Shown here piece by piece: positions 12,001 through 22,986 of a stretch of DNA of 64,000 nucleotides. A program made the translations under genes and the position numbers. Origin of the DNA: Antechinus flavipes (Eukaryota); assembly GCF_016432865.1 (NCBI RefSeq), contig NC_067403.1, positions 254,076,001-254,140,000 of the forward strand, read 5' to 3'. Every line of letters begins with the position of its first letter. Position 1 is the first letter of the stretch. The notes beneath the pieces were generated by a model that did no database searches, was not told the origin of the DNA, and worked only from the letters and a program-made list of their open reading frames with translations.

Positions 12001-12830
12001 GAGCCTTCCAGGGCTCAGGCGCTCCCGGGGGAGAAACAGCTGCCCAGAGGCTGCGGTCTGACAGTGGGGAAGGTACTTGTCACCCTGCCCAGGACTCAGT
12101 TTCCTCCCCTGTAACACAAGGTGGGAGAAGCGGACCTAGACAATCTAAACCCCAGGATCCCCCACCGCTCATGTCCCCCTCGTTCTCGCAAATTAAAACG
12201 GAGCCAACGCGCCCGACGCCCCACTTCCCTTCGGCCGGATCTCGGCAGGACAAACTTCCCACGGAATGCCTCCTGCTACCCTCCCACCCCAGGGGCGCGG
12301 CAGGGACCGGAGGGGGCTTCCTCGGGGGGCCTGGCCAAAAGCAGGCCTTTAAAGGCACAAATAACAGCGTGAGGCCGGCCGGAGCCCGAAAGGGGGGGGG
12401 GGTTTCGTAGTACCGGTGCCTTTTCCTTTAAAGCCGAGGAAGAGAGAACGAATCCCGGTGGACTTCGAGGAGGCGTCCTGTCAGACTCTGAGAAGGCGGT
12501 GGTCCCCCTAGCCCCGCCCCTCGTTACCTCTCCAGCCCCGCCCCCTCCGTTAATCACCACCCCCGCCCCGGCCTCACCTGGCTCTCGGCCGCGTCCGCCC
12601 AGCACAGGACGTTCACCTCCTCCTCCCGCCGCGGCCTGCCCTCGGCCTCCGTGAAGTTCACCGCCTGCTTCCGGACCAAGTTCACGCCTGCGTCGGGACA
12701 GCGGGGGGATGAGTACCGCACCCCGACCCGGTCCCCGTTTTCCCCACACCCCTGCCCAGCTCCGCTAACCCTTTAAGATTCCGGTCTCCGAACCGACCCA
12801 CACGTGATTCCAGCGTGCCGACGCCGCCAT
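3032..12830 (-). CDS. WDR74: WD repeat-containing protein 74 (Nsa1 homologue, 60S biogenesis), 11 coding exons, 381 aa
   Basis: Exons 12770-12830, 12578-12687, 10160-10281, 9727-9790, 8229-8378, 8014-8115, 4090-4190, 3926-3981, 3675-3820, 3532-3588, 3032-3208. All introns are GT-AG with consistent phases; total 1146 nt. Peptides MAASARWNHVWVGSETGILKGVN, VATGGKENSLKVWDL, VRNDWLNLRVPIWDQDIQFLPGS, VRVYDPASPQRRPVLE and GLAGSVRGLQCHPTQPLLASCGLDR match WDR74. Confidence 0.97.
4860..6400 (+). mobile_element. Degenerate L1 ORF2/3' fragment, interrupted by a hAT MITE
   Basis: L1 ORF2-like sequence (tttgacaaaaactgctagaaaatctgg, FDKNCWENW-like) and a marsupial L1 3' region; boundaries approximate. Confidence 0.75.
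5030..5217. mobile_element. hAT/Charlie-type MITE (OposCharlie1-like), 188 bp
   Basis: TIRs caagggtcctcaaact and agtttgaggactcctg. Flanking 8-mers acttaggt and ggttaggt (6/8 match, central TA) fit a hAT target-site duplication. Confidence 0.8.
6960..7770 (+). mobile_element. L1 3' end
   Basis: Marsupial L1 3' sequence (gaaactggaaattgagtggatgcccatcaattggagaatgg) ending in an A-rich tail. Confidence 0.85.
8490..9610 (+). mobile_element. Older, fragmented L1 3' remnants
   Basis: Diverged copies of the L1 3' motifs (gcagctgtttttatggtggcaaaaaatgg; ttttgcaagggtgaacgt); approximate. Confidence 0.6.
10368..10500 (+). mobile_element. WSINE1/SINE1-type marsupial SINE
   Basis: ggggcagctagatggtgcag...tgtgtgaccctggac...ttaaccccaactgtcttgcaaaa. 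Confidence 0.85.
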
Positions 12831-13100
12831 GATACTTCCGCCAGACGACTTCCGGGGAGGAGGGGGCGGGTCTCCCGACCATAACTTCCGGTCCCGCCTC
12901 CCTTAGCAACCGGATGTGACTTCAAATAGGTCCGGCTAGGAAGCGGCGGGTCTTCTAAGGAACGTTCCGTGAGGGGGACCATAAGATGCTGAGGAAGCGG
13001 CGCCGCGGCGGCTTCGACTCCTGTGAGTCCGGGCCGCGAGGCCGTTCGGGGTGCTCGCTGCCTCTGTGTCTCCTATCCCAATCCTAGTCTCGTGGCTGAG
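12831..13100. promoter_or_regulatory. WDR74 CpG-island promoter, probably bidirectional
   Basis: Several ETS cores (acttccg at ~12834, ~12848, ~12884; ccggatgt ~12910), GC boxes and an RFX-type half site tagcaac at ~12904. Confidence 0.75.
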
Positions 13101-14679
13101 ACCCCATGAGGTCTTATCCTTATCCTTGAGGTCTCCAGGGGGAGCGCAGATTCCTGTTACCTTTTTTAAAAAATAGATTCAAATAGTTCCTTGGTCCGTA
13201 GTTGTTGGGGTGACACGTTAGAACCGGGGTTACGTCATGTCCCGACAGATGAATCTTCCGAAGGCAGCCTCCGCCCCTCATTAGCCCTGGGACCGTGCGG
13301 CCCGTCCCGTTCTTGGGTTGGAGCGCCCACGGCTTCCATGGGGAGGGCATGTGGGGGTGGGGAGGACTTCCGCACGATTAGGACACCTCGTGGCGTCTGT
13401 GGGATGCGTCCCTCATTTCCTCTCTGGAAAGGCGAGGCCGACTCCTCAGCGTGGCCTTTGCACCAAGGGAACTTGTGCATGATTCAAGGCTTTGGATTTA
13501 GGGTTGATTCAGTCACTTTTAATGAAATCTGGCACTAAAGCTGGGCCTGAAGGCCACGAGGACTGATGCCGACAGACAGGTGGCCGGTGCACCGCGTCCT
13601 CCTCTGCACGAGGCCGGCTCGCGCCGCTGGGCCACACCCACCTCGGCCTGCCCGCCCTCCGGCCACCTGTAAATGCCAGGACGCTCCAGCTCAGCCCAGA
13701 CCCTTCTTCCTTGCCCTGACAGGTCTGCCCGGCCCTGGACTCATTTAGAGCCATCTGCCTCCTGCCCAGAGCCCCACCCCCCGGCCCACACCCTTGTTTA
13801 GGTCCCCAGTCCCTCTCTCTCTGACTCAGCCAGTCAAGCAGCAGGCACCTGTTTATTTATTTTTTTATTTATTTAGCGCACACTCTGAGCCCTGGGCCAG
13901 CTTCTCGGGGAGTTCTCTTGATGGGGGTTGGGGCAGATGGCATCCAAGACCTGGACTGGCAATGTGGGAGATGAGCAGCAGAAGGAAGAGCCTGGCACTA
14001 ATTACGGACTCGGAAAGACTTTTTTCCGCCAGAAGGGATTCGAGATGGGCCGAGAGAAAATTCCAAGCAGGTTCCCAGGGCCAGGAAGGTGTAAAAAGAC
14101 TGGGAAGGGATGGGCTGGGGAGGGGGAGGTGGGGGGGCAGCTTAGGAAAGGTTTTGAACAATAGAAATTATACAAAAGAGAGGGGAAGTGGTCAGATGTG
14201 CAACTAGGAAGATGAATTAAAGGGAGGGAATGTAGTGGGGAGAGACCTGAGGCAGGATGAGGTGATGAAGACCTTACTATGGGGAGTTGGGCACCAGGGT
14301 GAGCAAGTGAGAAGTCCAGGTTGTCCATCTGATAGTGACAGGGCTCTTGACAGGAACAGAGAGGTTAGGATGAGGGGAGAGTTCGGCAGAGCAAAAGAGT
14401 GAGTTTAGTTTATGCATCTTTCTTTTCTCTTCCTGGCATCTCGTGCCCTGATCTCTTTGTGCAGGCTCAAGGTTTCATAGACATCATCTTCTCGTGTCTA
14501 AAAGAATCCATTGCCTAGAGAGAATTCCTTGTCATTTCTGTGGTTTTCCTCATGGGTTTAGTTAACTTGTACTAACATGGACTAATGCTTAAAAAAGCAA
14601 TAGCTGCTTATTCAAAAGTCTGTAAGTTTCTGGCTCTTTTATCCTGTATTTTAAGTATCTATCCATCTTCTATTTCTTT

Positions 14680-15345
14680 TATTATTATTATTATTATAGC
14701 CTTTTATTTACAAGTTATATGCATGGGTAATTTTTCAGCATTGACAATTGCCAAACCTTTTGTTCCAATTTTTCCCCTCCTTCCCTCCCCACCCCCTCCC
14801 CAACATGGCAGGTAGACCAATACATGTTAAATATGTTAGAGTATAAATTAGATACACAATTAGCATACATGACCAAACTGTTATTTTGTTGTACAAAAAG
14901 AATCGGACTCTGAAATAGTGGACAATTAGCCTGTGGAGGAAACTAAAAAATGCAGGCAGGCAAAATTAGAGGGATTGGGAATTCAATGTAATGGTTCTTA
15001 GTTATCTCCCAGAGTTCTTTCGCTGGGCGTAACTGGTTCAGTTCATTATTGTTCCCTTGGAACTGATTTGGTTCATCTCATTGTTGAAGATGGCCAGGTC
15101 CATCAGAATGGATCATCATATAGTATTGTTGTTGAAGTATATGATGATTTCCTGGCCCTGCTCACTTCCCTCAGCATCAGTTCGTGTAAGTCTCTCCAGG
15201 CCTCTCTGAAATCATCCTGTTGATCATTTCTTACCGAACAATAATATTCCATAACATTCATATACCACAATTTATTCAGCCATTCTCTGATTGATGGGCA
15301 CCCACTCAGTTTCCAGTTTCTGGCCACTATAAAGAGGGCTGCCAC
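14680..15345 (-). mobile_element. L1 3' end
   Basis: Reverse complement of the marsupial L1 3' region with a T-rich tail; the ORF 15103-15348 is L1 ORF2 C-terminus-like (AALFIVARNWK..CPSI.EWLNKLWYM). Confidence 0.9.
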
Positions 15346-15819
15346 CATCTTCTATTTCTTTAGGGAGTATATGTGTGTGTGTGTGTGCGCGCGCGTGTGC
15401 ACGTGTGCACGTTTTATTTTGTTCGTATCATGTGGATGTTTGTGGGGCTTTTCTTCAAATGTTTTGATCCATTTTATGGTACCAAGAGCCTCCCCCAATT
15501 GGCGTTGCTTAGATGTCCTTGTTTTAATTATCTTTTTATCCTGTAGATTTAAATTTGGGTTGTCAAGAAACTCCCTTAACATATTTAGCCCCAGCCTGCA
15601 AGTTGACAGCTTCATTTGTGTTCAGCCAGTCTCGCCCTAAGGACGCCTGTTTGTTAGTAAGCCTTGAATTCGTTGGTTCAAAGTGACTTCCGAGTCAATC
15701 TCAAAACTTCGGACTTTGTTTGGTGCACATTGAGAGCTTTGCAGCTGACATTTTGATATCATTGAATAATAATTCCGTAAGATGAAGGAACTGCTTAATG
15801 TGGGGAGGGGGCTTGGGGA

Positions 15820-16040
15820 CGGGAGCTACTAAATGGCACAATGGGTAGGATATGCAGGCGAGTTCAAATCTAGTCTCATTGACTAGCTGTGTGATCCTGG
15901 GCAAGTCACTCCACCCTGGTTACCTCAGTTTCCTCATCTGTAAAATGAACCGGAGAAGGAACGACAAACTGTTCCATTATCTCTGCTACAAAAACCCTAA
16001 GTGAGTTCACAAAGAGTCAGACATGACTAAACAACAACAA
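15820..16040 (+). mobile_element. MAR1-type CORE-SINE
   Basis: CORE (ctagctgtgtgatcctgggcaagtcac...cctcagtttcctcatctgtaaaatg) plus RTE-like tail (aagagtcagacatgactaaacaacaacaa). Confidence 0.8.
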
Positions 16041-16080
16041 AATGATCCAGTGCCCATCCAGAGTTCATCAATTCTTTTAG

Positions 16081-16705
16081 TGTGGTGTTTTTCTTCTTTA
16101 AAATAATAATGGTTCTCTGGGGGAGCAGGTTTCTTGGTGAGGTTTTCTGGAGGCAGCCTTAGTTTCAGTTAAGAGTAATAATCACCCAAAATGCATCCAG
16201 TTGGTAAAAATGCAAACGTTTATTTTCTTCTTCCAAGATAGCCCGATTAGTTGAGGCCTATCTCTCTGCTTGGTTCTAAGAGCTCTTGCAGCTTTGTCTT
16301 TTGCTTCTACCTCTGCTTTCTTCAGCCTCCAGCCGGCACCAAGTTGAATCTGTCTTGCCTCCGAGAGAGGGCTTCTGGCTCTCAATCTCCCAGAGTGCTC
16401 TGTGTCTGTCCCAGAGTGCTCCTCTCCAATCTAATTCCACTGAATTCCCTTGATTGGGCTTATATATGATCTCTTCTGAGAGAATGGGATTATGGGTTTT
16501 CTCCCAGAGTGCTCTCTGGCCCTGAGTTTCAAGGGAGGTGTGAATTCACAAAGTTACAAAGTTTACTTTGTGACACTCTCATACTTGTGAACTCCAATGA
16601 GTACTTAAATAGTTCTTGCTTATATGAGCTCTCTAAAGGTGTGAACACAAGCATTATATCAATTAGTTCTACTTAGTACCTTGTTTCAGGTTCTGGCCCA
16701 AAACA
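16081..16705 (-). mobile_element. Solo LTR-like element
   Basis: TG...CA ends (tgtggtg ... ttctggcccaaaaca) resembling the LTR at 54633-55240; no TSD seen. Confidence 0.6.
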
Positions 16706-17572
16706 TCTCCTTGTAAGATCAGATCAGTGATACTGAAGGAAGCTAAATTAGATAATTATTGTTTTTATCAACCACAGTTTGTAAAGATTCCAACAGTTTT
16801 GGTTCCAATCCCTGCTTAATTTGGAAGCCCCAGATAGACAGGAGCCTAGCTCAGCGAGAGATGAGCTTGCCCCTGGTCACCCCAGCAGAATGTGTCCGAG
16901 GTGGGAGCCCGTCTGGTTCTTTCAGGATGTTAATGGGATTGAGCTGAACCAGGCCCAGGTGAGGAACTGGCAGGCTTAGGGACCAGCGAGACAGGGTTCT
17001 GGTGAGATCTTCACGGGGCAGGCCCAAGAGCCCTGGTATCTCCTTGTTGGTCTTTCCACCTCCATCCTCTAGCCCAATGGGGAGGGTTTGGGGGAAGAAT
17101 TATTATTACTACTACAGCTACTAGTATTGTAATTTTAGCTGGACCCCTGATCCCTTAGTTTCAAGCTGGCACAAAAAATCTCCATCTGTGCCCCTTGGCA
17201 CCTGCCCAGCAATTTATCAAGCCCTAGAAAGCTGCCCGGGGCATCCACCAAAACTCCCCGGGTGCTTCTGGGTGGCTGGCGGGGGATGGGCAGGTGCGAT
17301 GCTGCATTAGCCCACCCAGTGGCTAACTCAGACACTGCAGTCTGAGGTCCTTGACATCCCCTGGGGTTTTGTTGGGTAAGTTCTTTGTGGCAGATGCTCT
17401 GGGGTCCGGAACAGGAGGGATGGGTGCATCTCCCCGCCCCTCCCTCTCCCCTCCGCCAGAGATGTCCACATGTGCCCAGAATACACAATGGAATCGTTTC
17501 TATGCACATGGCTCTCAGATCGCTTATTCCCCCTTCTGAGGTCCAGTTGGTCCCGTACTCCCAAATGCCAGG

Positions 17573-17718
17573 TTTTTTGTTTGGTTGGTTTCTTTGCTGA
17601 GGCAGTTGGGGTTAAGTGACAGGCAAAGGGTCACACAGTCAGGAAGAGTTAAGTGTCTGAGGCCAGATTTGAACCCGGGTCCTCCTGACTTCAGGGCTGG
17701 CGCTCTATTCAACTGCCT
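17573..17718 (-). mobile_element. WSINE1/SINE1-type SINE
   Basis: gctgaggcagttggggttaagtgac...gatttgaacccgggtcctcctgacttcagggctgg. Confidence 0.85.
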
Positions 17719-18369
17719 ATTTTTAAAATATTCTTTTTAATGGCTTCTTCTTGCTTCTTGACCTCTCCAGTGTGTTAAGCTTTGGCATGGCAAACTCTCT
17801 CGCCTATCCAAATCAGAACTCGTTTTCCTTACCACGCCCATCCCTCCTCCCCACTTTTCCTTGGTTCATCTTTAAGACTTCACTGTCGAACACAAGCTAT
17901 GATCAGGTGCAACGGCCCACCTTTACCACGTCCGATGGACACTACCAGAAGCCGGCCAGAGTAGCTCAGCTTAAATTTTCAGTGTAAGCATTTATACCCC
18001 AGAAATCCATAAATGCTCCAAGTCAGTACTCAATTTATTAAGGTCTTGTTGATTGCCTGAAATTAAGAAAGTGATGTAGAAAATGTTAACAAATCCAGAT
18101 CAAACTTAAAAGTTTGTCATATTTACAATTCTGCTTCTTCTCCCCCCTCTCCCCTCCCCCCTCCTGAAAAAGCCAGTTATTAAACACTTGCCCTTGGGAA
18201 CTGCCCTAATTCATTCTCATTCTCTTTCCCCTAGAGGAGAGTGCTGTAATAGTTTCTAGTGCTGACTTTGCTAGGTCCAGTTTTTCTCCCTGGCTCTCTG
18301 TCCTCCACATTGTGGCTCCAATAATCTTGTCACGGTACAGGTCTGTGACTGTGTTCAAAGATCTTCCAT

Positions 18370-18830
18370 AAACCAGATCATCGTACACAGCAACAACGAG
18401 ACTATACGATGATCAATTCTGAAGGATGTGGCTCTCTTCAACAATGAGGTGATTCAGGCCAGTACCAATTGTTCAGTGATGAAGAATCATCTCACCCAGA
18501 GAGAGAACCATGGGAACAGAGTGTGGACCACAGCATAGAATTCTCACTCTTTTTGTTGTTTGCTTACATTTTATTTTGTTTCTTTTTTTTTTTCTTGTGG
18601 AGCACAATAATTATATAAATATGTCCACATATATTGAATTTAACATTTCTTTCTACATGTTAAACATATATTGGATTACTTGCCATCTAGGGGACGGCGT
18701 GGGGGAAGGGGGAGAAAATTGGAAAACAGGGTTTTTTTTTGCAAGGGCTGATGTTGAAGAATTGTCACTGTTTTGAAAAATAAAAAGCTTTAATAAAAAA
18801 ATTAAAAAACAACAAGAACAACAACAACAA
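18370..18830 (+). mobile_element. L1 3' end
   Basis: gatgatcaattctgaaggatgtggctctcttcaacaatgag through an A-rich tail. Confidence 0.85.
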
Positions 18831-18849
18831 AAAAAACAAATATCTTCTG

Positions 18850-19060
18850 TAAGTAGCCAAATGGCACAGGGAATAGAATGCTAGAGTTGGAGTGAGGAAG
18901 ACCCGAGTGCAAATATGGTCTCAGACACCAGCCACGTGAACAAAGCAAGGCACTTAACTTCTTTACCCCAGTTTTTTCATCATTAAAAATGGGGATACTA
19001 ATAGCACTTACTCCCCAGGAAGGATTGCGGTGAGGATCAAATGAGGTAACAGTGCTTCAA
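18850..19060 (+). mobile_element. MIR-like CORE-SINE
   Basis: gagttggagtgaggaagacccgagtgcaaat...gtgaggatcaaatgaggtaac. Confidence 0.65.
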
Positions 19061-19334
19061 GTTGGGCTCATATTCCATCAGTTCTTTCCCTAGGGAGGAG
19101 GGGGCCATGGAGGGGAGAATGTTTTTCATCCTGAGTCCTTCAGAATTGTCTTGGCCAAGACAATGGCTCCCTGTATTGATCAGAATAGCAAAGCCATTTA
19201 CAGGTGATCCCCTTACAATGTGGCTGTTCCTGAATACAAGGTTCTCTTGGTTCTGCCTGCTTCACTTTGCATCAGTTCATATGAATCTCCCCAGATTTGT
19301 TCTCTTTGTCATTTCTTCTAGCTCTATAGTGGAA

Positions 19335-19335
19335 G

Positions 19336-19380
<45 letters not shown>

Positions 19381-19405
19381 TGTGTGTGTGTGCGCGCGTG
19401 CGCGC
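19335..19405. repeat. (TG)n/(CG)n microsatellite
   Basis: About 20 TG units followed by mixed CG/TG. Confidence 0.95.
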
Positions 19406-21000
19406 TTGTATTTGTATCACCAGAGTTTGAGAGCCTTCCTCCTTTGCACTGTCTCAAAGGGGCCCTCTCACTCCGGATCCTAGGGCAGAACCAGGTTGGG
19501 ACCTATACCCTGGGTTGCAAGTCCAGCCTTGACTACTGTGCTGGGTTTGGACACACTGTCCTACCTCCAACAGTCAGTGTGCAAGACAGAGAAGAACCCA
19601 GGCAGTAATCAAGCAAGGTTTCTGTTTCTTCCCTGAAGCCTTTCCTCATGAGGTTCTTCCTCTCGGCCTTGACCAATAAGAATGAAGACTCCCCATTCCA
19701 GAAATCTTGCCCCATCCCTTTATGTTGGCTGCCTCATCCCCACCTCAGACATGAAGACCCCAGGATCTTTGTCCCCTCCTTCCCCTTCCCATGACTTTGG
19801 AGCCCTGAGCTGGGGCAGCTAAGGGACGGATGTTTGACTCTCTCCCCCACCCCCCCCCATCTCTTCTTCCTCACATATAGAGCTAGAAAAGGCCCCCTCC
19901 TGCCCTCTTTTGTGGCTCTAGGTCCCATTTAGCCCAGAGCGGGCCAGCTAACCCAGGCTCTTTTTCTCTGGAGACAGGGATGGTGCAGACAGCAACAGCT
20001 GAAGTGATCCATCCTGTCCAATACCAGGCTTCTACCAACCCCCGTGTTCTGTCTTGTCTGCCCCATCGGTGACTGGAACATCTAAAGGAGATGGATGCTC
20101 GCCCTAGATCCAGCTCCTTTTCTGTTCCTTCAAGTCCCCGACTTCTGAGGACCATCTTGGAGCTGGGTTATTGAGAGCTGCTCTATGGTCAGTGAGGTCT
20201 TGCCCCTGGGCCAGAGATCCATTGTGAGCCTTTGTGTTTCTTAATCCAGTCCAAGGGAAACCAAAAGTCCTCTTTCTGACCCAGAATCCACTAGCTAGGA
20301 AGGGCGAGGTGGCAGGATTGGAATCCTCACCTCTTCTGAGCCCGCTTCCTTCCAGGAACAGTTGCAACATCTGTCTCTTTCCCAGCCCCACCCCCCCTGC
20401 TGCTAGTGCCTTCCCTAGACCACCTTGCGTCCGTTTTATATGTGGCTACAGCTATAAGCTGCCACCTCCAACTAGGGCGAGCTCCCCCAGCAAAGTCCTA
20501 CCCTGTGCCAGGCCCGGCGCTAACACTTGGCAGTTACTGACCCTCCTGACAATCCTGGGAGGAGCAGGAGGGTGTTATCTGGTCCTCGATACACAGACGA
20601 GGAAACCGAGGCAGGTAAGGGACTAGCCCAGGATGACTCGGCTGGCAAGTGTCTGGGGTTGTGTTGGCCCTCGGGTTTCTTGTGTCCGGCCCAAGCTCTA
20701 GTCACTGGGACGCCCGCCCGCCCAGAGGGACTGCTTCCTCTTTGCCTTGGTAGCCCAGGGCAGCCTGCACTGCCCGAGGCTCATCCCTCTCCCTTCCCCT
20801 TCCATCGGGCTGACCGACCTCCCTCCACCATCATCCCCGGAGCTTAACGGGCCTTCACAGAGGGAAAGGAGGCGGTGCAGAGGAGCCAGGTGGCCATATT
20901 TATTGAGGTCAGTCACTAGCCCCCAAACCCAGAGGCGGAGCTTCAGCCCAGTTCTGCCAGCCCGGAGTCTCTGAACCAGAGTCCATGACCAGCGGCCCGA

Positions 21001-22669
21001 TCAGACCTGTCCCGGGAGCAGTGGGTTGGGCTGCATGGAGAAGGAATCCCTGGAGCTGGGGCGGCTGCCCCAGAGAGTGGCTAGGAAGGGCGGGCAGCTC
21101 AGGGCCCCCTCCAGGGGCTGGCAGGAAGGCTGGCTGGCAGGGCATACGGCTTTCACGCAGAACTCAGCTTCCTTGGACTGGGCCTCTCTCCTGGCACTCC
21201 GGAAGGGCCTGGTGACGTCGTAGAGGAGCCCACAGCCCGCCAGATTGAGCAGGGCCCCCTCGTTCTTTCGGGGCCGCAGGCGTCTGGTTGGTAGGGACGG
21301 GGCCGGCGTGGCGGGAAGGAGCTCGTAGGGAGTAGCCGAGGGCTCCTTCAGGTCCAGGAGCACGAAGACCCTGGTGAGGCGCTCCCTGGTCCGGCAATCT
21401 CGCCGTCTCTGCAGCCAACAGTATTTCTGCTCTTCCTCTGCAGGGGAAGCAGGGCTGGTCACTCCCTCAGGCATCTGCCCCCCGTCCTTCCTCACCCCGG
21501 CCCCCTCAATCCCAAGGGGCTAACGGCTGACCCTCAATACTGCAGTCACCCCACTTTCCGGTACTCCAGAGAACCTCACATACAGTACAGCCTTGGGATT
21601 ATCCCAATATGCCCAGGCCTCCATTTCTGTGAATGGACTCCCGGGAAGGCTGGGAAAACAGGCGAACTCTTCAGAAAACTTTTCTGCATCAAAGACAATT
21701 ATATTCAAGTAGTTTTTGTTTTCCAATCCCAATTCATAAAGCCCAGTTGGAGAGCTTGCTGACCCTACCATTTTACCTATAGAACAAAACAAATTGGACT
21801 ATATGGTGACTATAAGCCCAGAGATCAGTTTGAGATCCCTGACCTTGAACTTTGGTCTATTAAGGTGGGCTAATGGCCTGGAAGGTTCAAGACCTGCCTT
21901 TGCTCTAGACTGGTCCCAAGCCCTGATTCAGCAGGCAGTAGTAGCCAGGCTTGTTGTGAGCCCCCGATTCCCGACCGTGAGTCTGGACATTTACAGAACC
22001 TCTCGGTAGCCAGGCTACTTCAAACCCCTGATTCACTGGGCAGCAGCCAGGCTGGTCCCAAGCCCCGATTCCCTGGTCGGGAGTTTACAGAGCCTCTCGG
22101 TAGCCAAGCTGGTCCCAAGCCCTGATCCACTGGGCAGTAGCCAGTCTGCTCCTTAGCTCTGATCCACTGGGCAGGAATCTGGACATTTACAGAACCTCTG
22201 GGTAGCTCCAAAAGCCCTGATTCACCGGGCAGTAGCCAAGCTGGTCCGGAGCCCTGATTCTCTGGGCGGGAATCTGGATATTTACGGAGCCTCTCGGTAG
22301 CTTCCCAGCTTATTCAGGGCTCTGGGCTGCTCCGAAGGCAACAGTAAGCCAGTAGTGGAGCTGGTCTGGCAAGCTGCCCCCCGGGCCACTCTGGGCAGTG
22401 CCAGGCTGCTGGTGCCGCCCCTTCTCCCTGTGCCCCGCCTTACCTGCCCTAGCCTCGTTAAAGAGGACTGAGACCACTCCAGCTCCCAAACTGGGCAGGA
22501 CCTGCGTAGCACAGCGCACCATGCAGGCACTGACCTTGGGCAGGGGGGGCTGCGTCGCCCCCTCCTCCGGAGGCAGAAAGGGGCTGCCGGGCTCCCCACA
22601 TGGTGGTATCCCGTGGCTCCCGGCGGGCAGCAGCAGCAGCAGCAGCAGCCACAGGCAGTCCCTGGCCAT
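21001..22669 (-). CDS. Unidentified secreted Cys-rich protein, 2 coding exons, 220 aa
   Basis: Exon 1 22444-22669 (gccATGG Kozak; signal peptide MARDCLWLLLLLLLPAGSHG; donor GCAG|GTAAGG, phase 1). Exon 2 21001-21437 (acceptor cttcccctgcag|AG, matching phase). TATAAATA at 22986-22979; AATAAA at 20904-20899; CpG-retaining exons; 10 Cys in the predicted mature chain. No family recognised. Confidence 0.7.
21870..22300. repeat. Diverged composite minisatellite in the intron of the unidentified gene
   Basis: Alternating ~35-bp units (ccctgattcactgggcagtagccaagctggtcccaag-like) and ~30-bp units (tctggacatttacagaacctctcggtagc-like). Confidence 0.85.
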
Positions 22670-22978
22670 GGCAAGCGCACAGGCTGTTTAAGGGAGCCCA
22701 GGCTTTGGGGTCACGGGAGGAGAAGGCAGCGAGGCCATTACTAGTGGAATGTTGGGGCCAGCAGGGGGAGGAGGCGCCTCAATCTCCAAAGCTCAGGCAG
22801 CCAGTGTCCAGCCAAGCGTCCTTCCACAAGGCCTTAGTGGCCCCCCAATCACCACGCCCCCAACTCCTCCCCTGGCCCCGGCCCAGCCAGCTCCAGCGTA
22901 GGGAGCACTAGCTTGGCGGGCAGCTCTGCAGTTGATCTCTGTGGAGAGGGACACCTCGGAGGCATAGTGTTGCCAGGG

Positions 22979-22986
22979 CTATTTAT
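22979..22986 (-). promoter_or_regulatory. TATA box of the unidentified secreted-protein gene
   Basis: TATAAATA on the minus strand ~310 nt upstream of the ATG. Confidence 0.65.

Noticed and set aside
11520-12410. 296-aa plus-strand ORF in WDR74 intron 2
   Set aside because: Non-ATG start, Pro/Ser/Gly-rich, includes MIR-like sequence, no domain.
21870-22300. Repeat-spacer appearance suggesting a CRISPR-like array
   Set aside because: Mammalian DNA; units are diverged and the intervening segments are themselves repeated, so this is a minisatellite.
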